Origin: the human T2T-CHM13v2.0 reference genome, Homo sapiens
DNA length: 64,000 bases
NCBI RefSeq assembly: GCF_009914755.1
Contig: NC_060932.1
Reading direction: 5' to 3' (one strand)
The translations under genes and the position numbers were made by a program. Positions 53,460 to 64,000 of this stretch are shown one piece after another; within the stretch, counting starts at the first letter, position 1; every line of letters starts with the position of its first letter. The notes under the pieces are model-generated. The model saw only the letters and a program-made list of their open reading frames with translations. It was not told the origin of the DNA and did not search any database.

Positions 53460-53887
53460 CATAGAGATTTATTATAATTTTATGTAGACTGACAAGTCCT
53501 GAGATCTATAGCTGGCAAGCTGGAGACCCAGGACAACTGATTGTATAATTCCAGTCTTAATGTAGCAGGCTGGAGACCCAGAAAGAGTCATAATTTCAAT
53601 TCTAGTTCAAAGACAGAAAACAAAACAAAGCAAAACAAAAGTAGTATCTCAGCTAATGGCAATCAGGCAGGAAAAAATTCCTTCTTACTCGAGGGAAAGC
53701 TAGCCAGGCTCTCAATTTTTTGGAAGGACCTTACCCACAATAGGGAGGGTAATTTGCTTTAGTTAGTCTACCCGTTTAAATGTCAATCTCATTCAAAAAC
53801 ATTCTCATAGAAACACCCAGAATAATGGTTGACAAAATATCTGGGCACAATATATGGGCCAGGTGACATATACAATTAAACATCACA
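53285..53887 (-). mobile_element. MLT2 (B-like) ERVL solo LTR
   Basis: gtattagggttcttcagagaaacagaacc, gcaagctggagacccagg and the end caattaaacatcaca. Confidence 0.85.
53327..53460. repeat. Compound tetranucleotide STR (GGAT)n(AGAT)12
   Basis: Directly visible inside MLT2. Confidence 0.95.
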
Positions 53888-55337
53888 GTTGGGCAGCATC
53901 ACAGTCAAAGGCCCCAGACTCTGCGATAGAAATCTCTGGATTTGGGATAGCCCTGCAAATTTGCTCCAGATGAAGTAAGAGAGTGCTTATACTCCCTGCA
54001 TTCATGCCATTGGATGAGGCAAGGAGGCTCCTTCATCCAAAGCAAATGGGCTAAGAAGTGAGTTGACTCTGTTTAGCCAAGGACATAGTCTGGGAGAGGG
54101 AACTTAGCTGCATGCTGTTGGCTATCGATGCTCCCAGTTGCTGGGAGAAGGAGTGCTTTAATCCTGAGGGTTGTAGAGACTTGGCTTACATACCAGAGTC
54201 TACACGATGCTCTCTATTACATCCTAGATATTCGAAGAGAAGAGTCTTGTAATTTAGCTTTTGAGATTTTCAGAATATAGAATAGAAAACAGATAGGTAA
54301 ATCCCATAGAAAGAAAGGTTTGTAATCTCTAAAGTTTTACATTCTTGTGCTCTTACAGACTACCTGGTATACCATATGAATATATTATTAACTAAGTAAA
54401 TTAAAAAGTGATATAAACATCAGCAAATATCAGTATTATAAACTATGGTATATAGAGAATTTTTTATTGTTTGTTGATTACTCAATTAATGAATATTTAA
54501 TTAATGGATATTTAATAATATTGATTCAACACAACTCGTTCATGTATTATTTGCCAGATACTCCTTAAAGTATTCAGTAACTTGGACCTAAATCCATTTA
54601 AATGAGTATTTAATTTCTGTCTCAGTAAAAACTATATATTGTTCATGGTCAAATGAAGTTCTTCAAGGGTAAGATTATTCAAATGAATGCTTTTGATTTT
54701 AATTCATGTATGATTAGTCATTTATTTGAATATGTTTTGTCTGTACTTTTATTGTGATAGGCATGGAGCTAACATCTAATGATTAATAATAACAAAATAT
54801 AGTCACTTGCTTCACTGATTCAGTTGAAGAAATTTAAAAGATAAACTAGGAATTGCACCACAATTTAAATAAGATCCAAAATGAAAATGCATATTAAGAG
54901 AGTATGGAGATGTAAGAATCTCTGAATCAATTAATAATGATTGAAGTGTGTATATGTGAGACAATATTTAAGAACATATAAAACATCCATAAAAGTTTAA
55001 TCAAAGATTTTATTACATCTGAGGAAAGACACAAAACCAATGCAATAAATAAGTGGAAAAAATTAACTTGTGAAATTTTTGCATATTTGAAAATGAGTAG
55101 TCTGTTTAAAAAATAATTTTATGTCAAAAATTATGCCTACTTTAAATATTATTTTACCCCTAGTATAAATGTAAGAAGCAAGTATTATTTTTCTCCATTT
55201 ATAATCTTGAGAAAATTTTAGCCTAGGGAGTTAACCTCTCATAGAGAGTAAATGGCTTCGCTTTAATTTAAACTGTAATCTGTAAAAATCTAAAATCCAC
55301 AGGGCATGAATTTTAAATGCTTTATGGTATTCACATT

Positions 55338-55692
55338 TGCTATGGTTTGGATGTCTGTTCCCTCAAGTTGAAATATACTTAATGCCATTGTAAAAGTATT
55401 AACGGTTGGGACCTTTAAAAGGTGATTAGACTATAAGGGCTCTGCCCTAAGGGTTGGGACTAATGCCACCACAGACAGGCAAGATAAGCCCCCTATTGCC
55501 CTCTCTCTCTTTTCCCTTCTTCCATGTAATGCCTTTTGCCATGTGATCACTCTGCAAAAAGGCCCCCACCAGAGGCTGCTGTCATAATGATGGACTTCCA
55601 AGTCTTCAGAATTGTAAGCCAATAAATTACTGTTCATTATTAATTATCCAGTCTGCAGTATTCTGTTATAGCAGAACAAAATGAACTAAGAC
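55338..55692 (+). mobile_element. MST-type (MSTC-like) MaLR solo LTR
   Basis: tgctatggtttggatgtctg ... aataaattactgttcattattaattatccagtctg..gtattctgttatagcagaacaaaatgaactaagaca. Confidence 0.85.
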
Positions 55693-56511
55693 ATTATGGA
55701 ATCATGCCATAGTTCTGTATTTGATTAAAACTTTGTTGTAAAAATAAGACATTTCAGGGTAAGAGGATGGTAAATATTAAAATCATGATATTAAGATGAG
55801 AATATTGGAAAGAAGTAAGAGAAAATATTTAAAAACTCATGTTACCTAATTAGATTTTAATACTCACTCTTAGTTTTTGTACATAAATGTATACTTGGCA
55901 TCCTAAATCAGTATTTAGCAGAGAAAATGAAGTATCTGTATAGTAGGAAAAACAACTAATATAACATAAACAGCTGTATAAAGCTGGAATTAAAATAAAT
56001 TTATTCTAAAATAATAAACACCTGAATATCTCCTTAAATCTGCTTTTTCAAAGCAGAGATGAAGATTGGCAGAAAGGTGCATAAAAGGTAAGAGTAGAAG
56101 GAGAAAAAATACAAACAGAGAGGGAAAGAAAAGGGGGGAGCGAGAGAGAGAACGAGAAACAATTACTCTTACCAGAAGTTAGGGTATTTAAATACAAATG
56201 GATGTAAATTTATTGGAATATATTTCTAAACACTTTTCATTTATATTTATATAACTCCTTTGCAACCATAGACCTCTGTGATTGTACCTGTGGAACTGAA
56301 AACCTCCATCAATTGTTAGTTGCTTTAGAAAATCAGTAATGAACATAACTCATGCATACTGAGTTTATTAATAATACACTTAATGTGCAATAAAGGTTAA
56401 GAATTTTCATATGCAATCTTCTGTCTTTATTTTTTCCCACTTTGAACAATTTTGACTATTTTTATTCCATCTATTTTACAGAATAGGAAGGGGGATATTT
56501 TATTTTTTAAT

Positions 56512-59142
56512 TCTTATTATTATTTCAACTTTTATTTTAGATTCAGGAGGCAAATGTACATATTTGTTACATGGGTATACTGTGTGAAGCTGAGGTTTGG
56601 GGTACCTCACCAAAATAGTGAGCATAGTATCCAATAAGTAGTTTTCCAGTCCATTCCCTCCTTCTCCCCCCCACTCCCTCACTTCCCAGTAGACCACAAC
56701 GTCTACTGTTCTCTTCTATATGTCCATGAGCACGCAGCTCCTACTTAAAGGTAGAAACACACACTATTTGGTCTTCTATTCCCCTGTTAATTCATTCATG
56801 ATAATGGCCTCCGGTTGTATCAATATTGCTGCAAAGGACATAATTTCATTCTTTTTTTCATGGCTGCATAGTATTCCATAGTATGTTTATATTACCTTCT
56901 CTTTATCCAATCCAACATTGATAAGTACCTAGGTTGATTCACTATTGTGAGTAGTGCTGAGATGAACACATGAGTGCATATGTCTTTTTGACAGAATAAT
57001 TTATTTTCCTTTGGGTATATACCCAGTAATGAAGTTGCTAGGTCAAATGGTAGTTCAGTTTTAAGTCTTTGAAAAATCTCCAAACTGTTTTCCACAGTTG
57101 CTGAATTTATTTACATTCCCACCAACAGTTTATAAGCATTCTCTTTATTTTCACAGACTTGACAGTATCTGTTATTATTTGACTTTTTAATAATGGTCAT
57201 TGTGACTGATATGAGATGGCATCTCACTGCAGTTTTGATTTTCATTTCTCTAATGATTATTGATGTTGAATATTTTTTCATATTAATTGAGTGCTTGCAT
57301 GTCTTTTTTTGAAAAGCATCTGTTATGTTCTTTGCCTGAATCAGTAATTTAAAAACTACCAACCAAATAAAAAGCTCTGGAACCAGATAGATTAATAGCA
57401 AAATTCTACCAGATGTATAAAGAACTGGTATCAATTCTACTAAAACTATTCAAAAAAATAGATGAGGAGGGGCTCCTCCCTAACTCATTTAATGCAGCCA
57501 GTATCTGACTGACACCAAAATCTGGCAAAGAGCAACAAAAAAATTTAGGCCAATATTTCTGTTTAGTCTAAGCAAGACTCCTCAACAAAATACCAGTAAA
57601 CAAAATCCAGAAGCACATCAAAAAGTTAATTCCCTACCATCAAGTTGGCTTTGTTGTTGGAATGCAAGGCTAGTTCAACATACACAAATCAATAAATGTG
57701 AATCATCAACAGAATTAAAAGCAAAAACCATCTGATAATCCCAATAGAGACAGAAAAATCTTTTTGAGAAAATCAAACATTTCTTCACGATAAAAACCCT
57801 CCACAGACTAGGTATCAAACAAACATACCTCAAAAAAATAGAGCCGTTTATGACAACCTCACAGCCAACATCACACTGAAGGGCAAAAGCTGGAACCAGC
57901 CCCTTTGAGAAATGGAACTAAACAAGGACACCCACTCTCACTCTCCTATTCAACACAGCACTGGAATTCCTAGCCAGAGTAATCAGGCAAGAGAAAGAAA
58001 TAAAAGACATCCAAATAGGAAAAGAAGTAGTCCAAATATCTCTCCTCACTGATGATATGATTCTGTACTGAGAAAACCTTAAAGTCTCTGCCATAAGGTT
58101 TTTAGAACTGATTAATGACTTTAGTAAAGTTTTAGGATACAAAATCAATGTACAAAAGTCAGTAACATTTCTACACACCAATAATGTTCAAGCTGAGAGT
58201 CAAATCAAGAACACAATTTCATTTACAATATCCAAAAAATAAATAAAATACCTAGGAATGCATCTAACCAAGGAGGTAAAATATCTCTACAAGGACAACC
58301 ACAGAACACTACTGAAAGAAATCAGAGATGACACAAAGAAATGGAAAAACATTCCATGCTCATGAATTAGAAGAATCAATATTGTTAAAATAGCCATTTA
58401 CAGATTCAACACTACTTCTGTCAAATGACAAGTATCATTTTTTCACAGAATTAAACAAAACTATTTTAAAATTCATATGGAACCAAAAAAGAGCCTGATC
58501 AGCCAAAGTAATAATAAGCAAAAAGAACAAAGCCAGAGGTATCACATTACCTGACTTCAAACTATGCTATAAGGATACAGTAATCAAAACAGCACACTAC
58601 TAGAACATAAAGACCAATGGAACAAAATAGAGAATCCAGAAATAAAGCTGTATACCTACAACCACCTGATTTTCGAAAAAGTTGACAAAAACAAGCAATT
58701 AGGAAGTGACTTCCCCATAAATAAATGATGCTATGAAAACTTCTGCTACACGCAGAAGAAGAAAACTGGATCCTTACCTTGTGCCATATACAAAAATTAG
58801 GTAAAGATGAATTAAAGGTTTAAATGCAAGACATCAAACTATAAAAATCTTAAAAGAAAACCTAGGAATTACTCTTCTTCACATTAGCCTTGCCAAAGAA
58901 TTTTTTGTTGAGTCCTCAAAAGCAACTGCAACAAACACAAAAATTGACAAGTGGAACCTAATTAAAGAGCCTCTGCACAGCAAAAGAAACTATAAACAGA
59001 GTAAAGAGACAATCAACAAAATGGGAGAAAATATTCATAAACTATGCATCCAACAGGGGTCTAATATTCAGAACCTATGAGGAACTTAAACAAATAAGGA
59101 AAAACCAAATAACCCCGTTTTTAAAAAATGGGCAAAGGACAT
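56512..59142 (-). mobile_element. Older L1PA (about PA15/16) with 5' inversion (twin priming)
   Basis: 3'UTR and ORF2 end on the minus strand at 56512-57336; inverted ORF2 on the plus strand at 57337-59142. The segments overlap by ~12 bp (ggcaaaggacat). Confidence 0.88.
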
Positions 59143-59275
59143 AAAATTTTTAAAAAGCCTGAATTCTACAATTTTCTATGGTTGGATGTGTAACATTTTG
59201 AGTTAATGCTATCACAATTAACATTAATTAAACATTTTTTACAACACATTTTAGCATGCAAATACAACTCAAAAT

Positions 59276-59430
59276 AGTTCTCAAAATTTAGTTTGTTCAA
59301 GAATAACCTAGGAGCTTATATAAAATATATGTCCAGGGATACCATTCTCAGAGGTTTTGATTCAGTATATTCAGTTTCAGTCTCAGGAATATACCTGTCA
59401 AGTAATTACCTCAGATAGTTTTGATTTAAA
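59276..59430. mobile_element. MER5-type hAT-Charlie MITE, diverged
   Basis: gttctcaaaattt..aagaataacctaggagctt..cagaggttttgattcagta..caggaat..acctcagatagttttgat. Confidence 0.6.
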
Positions 59431-59611
59431 AATAAAGATATTTTTAAAGATCTCTACATCTATGTGGCAAAGTTTATTGGCACACTTTCTGTCCCACTTT
59501 AAGTTTCTAACATTAAGACTCTGCCACTATTGTTAAGACTCTGCCATATATTTGCCATATATTGTTGCTATATCATTTTATTTAATCTTAGCCAGGCAAA
59601 CTGAAAGGAGG

Positions 59612-59945
59612 TATATATATAATATCCTTTAATGTATAAAATATACATTAAAACATAATTGTATAAAATATACATTAAAACATAATTGTATATATACACA
59701 CAAATATAAATATATATTTACATATATTTATATAATCATATGTAAATATCTTAAGTGTGTATTTACATACATATTTACATAAATTAAAATATATTAAATT
59801 ATTTAATATATATTTATGTGTGTATATATACAATTGTATTTTAATGGTATTTATCTATAAATAGGTATATATAACACATTATTATATCTATAATTAATAT
59901 TATGTATATGTGTGTATATGTATACTATTGTATTTTAATGGTTTG
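59612..59945. repeat. AT-rich low-complexity region with tandem, direct and inverted repeats
   Basis: 27-bp tandem duplication tgtataaaatatacattaaaacataat, and inverted arms at 59673-59706 and 59810-59846. Confidence 0.8.
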
Positions 59946-61568
59946 AAATAAAAATCCCTTTCTTAAAATATTTCCCCAATATGTGATCTGAATTTTAATC
60001 ATGTTTAAATTATTGTTTTTGATTTGTGAAATATGTAAATATTCAAAGATTGCACTCTTGTCATAATGGTTGTCCCTTACTTGTAGGGCTAACGGACAAG
60101 TAGTAAATGCCAGATGCCAGGGACCTGCTTTGTAAAGAATGCTTTCTTTATTGAAAAAACACACACTTAATGGTAACTAACACACTTAATAGTAATGAAA
60201 AATATAGAAGACATGAGATTGTTTTAGATTTTATATAATAGAATATTATAAAGTCATTAAAATACTTTGAAAAAGCATTTTACGAAAAACAAAATTGACA
60301 AAAATAAAATACATTATTTAAACACAGAATCAAAACTTCAAAATGACACCAATGCTCAATGATCAAGGCCTACTTAATACATTTTTGACATTTATTGTTA
60401 GACTATTATTTTGGCACTAAAAATATATATTTTCACAAATTAAAAGTTCTTATATCAAAAGTATAATATGACATTTTGAGTTTAATGACTGATATTTATG
60501 CTTAAAATACGTCAAGTGATAAAAATTTCGTATGTTAGAACAAATACATAGTAAGAAAACTTTGATGTATTTATCCATAGGGATAACATTAATATTATTT
60601 TTTTACATTTAAAAAACTATTTTCCCCTACCTTCTCACTTTTTAAAATAAAGCACAAATATATGTTTTTAAAAACCTGCTTTGTCACTGTGGATTTTTTT
60701 TATCCTGATAACTAGGAAACAGCATCATACAATTGAAAAAGTATTGATCTAGTAGCTGGATTATTATACTTCCACCTATGTAATCTTTTTCTTTTAATCT
60801 TGGTTAAATCTTTTAATCTAAATATCTACACTATGAGGGAATTTGTTTTATCCTTTTTCATCTGACAGTATTGTACCATATGAGTGATAATTTGTTGTAA
60901 ATAGATAATATATGTCAACACATCAATAAGCATAAAATATACGTTAAGTAAGAACGTTTAGATTTCTGACTTCAAAAATATTATCAAGTGGAAAACATAA
61001 GATTAAAAATAACTTTTAACTAGAGCTACATGGGAGTTGAAGATTTCCACACTAAGAATATTACAGTCTCTGAATCTACCAAATGTTTCTGGAAAATGTT
61101 CATGTGACATAATTATTTTAAACATTTTCTAAATCATGGCAACTAGAATATGTTAAAAATTAACAATTTATATATGTGTATATTTATATTTTATATATAT
61201 GTATGTATACATACACATGCAAACTAATATGTGAGGGTCAAATATGTCTAAATATATACATTAAGTATTACTATTTTTATAGTACATTACTTAAATTTTG
61301 AAGGAAAGAAAATACTAATGTTTGACTATGATAAAATAAATAAGTAAATAAATAAGCATATAAATAAATGAAATGAATACAAAATGCTAAAAACAAAAAA
61401 TAAAAGAATAAAGGAAGACATAGCAAATGAAAAATATATAACCACTAGTCATATAAATAACTAATGAAATATATCCCAAGAAGAGGGCACAATATATTTG
61501 ATTCATCACAGAGGGATCATCATGCTGGAGTTGCCTGATGAAGGAAGACAGTGTTCAAATAGGAGGGG

Positions 61569-63587
61569 CAGGTGGTACATGTCCCAGTTTGTTAACATGA
61601 ATATGTTGCATGATGCTGAGGTTTGGGGTATGGATTCTGTCACCCAGGTGGTAAGCATAGTACCCAATAGGTAGTTGTTTAACCCTCGCTCCCTCCCTCC
61701 TCTACTAGCTCCACTGTCTACTGTTCCCATGTTTATGTTCATGTGTGCTCAGTGTTAATCTCCCACTTGTAAGTGAGAATATGTAGTATTTGGTTTTCTG
61801 TTTCTGTGTTAATTCACTAAGGATTATGGCCTCCAGTTGCATATATGTTGCTGCAAAAGACATGATTTCATTCTTTTCCAAACTGCCTAGTATTCAATGG
61901 AATATATGTATCACATTCTCTTTATTCAATCCGATCCACCACTGAAGGGCACCTAGGTAGATTCCATGTGTTTGCTATTGTGAATAGTGCTGTGATGCAT
62001 ATGCAAGTGCCTGTGTCTTTTTGGTAGAATAATTTATTTTCTTTTGGGTATATACCCAGTAATGACATTGCTGGGTTGAATGGTAGCACTGTTTCTCTTG
62101 GAGAAATGTCCAAATGGCTTTCCACAGAGGCTGAACTAATTTACATTCCCCAAAAGAGAGTATAAGGATTCCATTTTCTCCATAGCCTCATCAGCATCTG
62201 TTATTTTTTTATTTGTTATAGTAGCCACTCTGACTGGTTTGAGAATGGGTCACTGTATTTACAGTGACTGGTATCAAGCTGTAGTTTTTGACTTACATTT
62301 CTCTGAAGATTAGTGATGATGAGCATTTTATCATGTTTGCTGGTCATTTGGGTATCTTCTTTGGAGTTCATGTCCTTTGCCCACTTTTTAAATGTGGGTT
62401 TTTTTTTTTGCTTATTGATTTGTTTGTTTCGTATAGATTCTGGATATTAAACCTTCGTCAGGTGCAGAGTTTGGGAGTATTTTCTCCCATTCTTTAGGTT
62501 GTCTGTCTACTCTGTTGATACTTTGTTTTGCTGTGTAGAAGCTCTTTAATTTAATTAGGCAATGCTTGTCAATTTTTGTTTTTGCTGTAATTGCTTTTGA
62601 AGACTGTCGTAAATATTTCACAAGGTCAATGTTCAAAATGCTATTTCCTAGGTTTTCTTTTAGAATTTTTATATTTTACATATTGAGGTCTTACATGTAA
62701 ATCTTTAATCCATTTTGAGCTAATTTTTTATATGGTGCAAGGTTGGGGTCCCGTTTCATTCTTCTGCATATAGCTGACCAGTTATCCCAGCAGTATCTAT
62801 TAAATAGCTTTTTCTTTCCCCATTAATTGTTTTTGTCAGCTTTGTCAAAGATCAAATTGTTGTACATGTGCAGCTTTTCTGGGTTCAGTATGCTGTTCCA
62901 TTGTTCTATGTGTTTTTGTGTTGCATGTGTTCTATCTGTTCTTGTTTTAGTGCCACACTCTTTTGGTTACTGTAGCCTTAAAGTATAGTTTGAAGTTGGG
63001 TAATATGATGCCTTCAGCTTTGTTCTTTTTGCTTAGGCTTGCTTTGGCTATTTGGACTTTTTTTGGGTTCCATGTGAACTTTTGGAATAATTTTATTTAA
63101 TTCTGTGAAGAATGATATTTGTAGTTTGATAAGAATAGCATTGAATCTGTAACTTGCCTTGGGCAGTATGGCCATTTTAACAATATCGATTCTTCCAATC
63201 TATGAACATGAAATATTTTTCCATTTCTTTGTGTCATCTCTGATATATTTCAGCAGTGTTTTGTAGTTCTTCTTGTAGAGATCTTTCACCTCCTTAGTTA
63301 GCTGTATTCCCAGGTATCTCATTTATTTTGTGGCTATTATAAATGGGATTATATTCTTAATTTGACTCTCAGCTTGAACATTCTTGGTGTATATAAATGC
63401 TACTGATTTTTGACATCAATTTTGTATCCTGAAACTGTATTAAAGTCATTTATCAGTTCTAGGAGCCTTTTCACAGAGGCTTAGGATTTTCTAGGTATAG
63501 AATCACATCAGTGAAGAGAGATAAGTAGACTTCTTTTCCTATTTGAATGCCTTTTATTTCTTGCTCCTGCCTGATTTGTCTGGCTAG
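61569..63587 (-). mobile_element. 5'-truncated older L1PA (about PA15-PA17), poly-A end lost
   Basis: 3'UTR ggtacatgt..ttgcatgatgctgaggtttgggg, then ORF2 remnants (ORFs 61922-62125 and 62412-62636) up to ctggctag at 63587. Confidence 0.88.
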
Positions 63588-64000
63588 ATGGTCACTTTGA
63601 GAAACCTGCAGAATATTTGGTGCATAATGGAAATGATAAGTAAGTCAGACTTCATATTGTCCTGCCCAAACTATTTCCTGGGCGGTTAAGGACTTGTTGA
63701 GTTAATATAATATGTGTGGCTGTGTCTGATGGAGACTTGTGTTCGAATGTGCTTCTGAAGAAAAGACTTTGAATATACTTCTATGTCTCTAGTTAACAGA
63801 TCTGAGAAGAAGTCAGGATACCTGTTCCATGAAGGGGTCCAAAAGGAAGATGCCCAGAGGCTTATGGGTCTCTATACTGAGCATGCCCAGCATGACAGGC
63901 TGGCATTGAGGCTGAAAAGGCCAAAGGCAGAGATTATCCTGCCCTAAGCGGGGTCACACACACAGGCTAAAGTAGCCCGTCATGGCACCAGACGCTACTA

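Larger units (their letters stand above)
53145..54205 (-). mobile_element. LTR16-type ERVL LTR split by MLT2
   Basis: gggttcccaaaaagcaactctgagac on the left; ctcccagttgctgggagaaggagtgctttaatcctgaggg on the right. Confidence 0.6.

Overview
AT-rich primate (most likely human or another catarrhine) intronic or intergenic DNA dominated by transposable-element fossils. I could not confidently support any protein-coding gene, RNA gene or CpG island; the ORF-track entries I could place are Alu, L1, L2, Tigger or LTR remnants, microsatellite read-through or apparent chance frames. Main contents: about 13 Alus (two Alu-in-Alu nests); a near-full-length Tigger2 with an L1PA insert; a ~15 kb L1 stack at 37.0-52.0 kb (L1MA-type host, near-full-length L1PB with a MADE1 inside, and a twin-primed L1PA); a second twin-primed L1; several solo LTRs (MLT1, MST, MLT2, MER50, MER77-, MER76- and LTR16-like); and a MER85 piggyBac MITE that retains the CSB-PGBD3 palindrome. 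The least routine signals are two old, locally templated 150-180 bp insertions copied from 1.6-1.7 kb away, several smaller template-switch scars, two apparent insertion-mediated deletions, an AT-rich quasi-palindrome, a weak phase-compatible exon pair on the minus strand and an unassigned segment at the right edge. Subfamily names come from my recall of consensus sequences and need RepeatMasker/Dfam confirmation. I found no convincing novel biological system.
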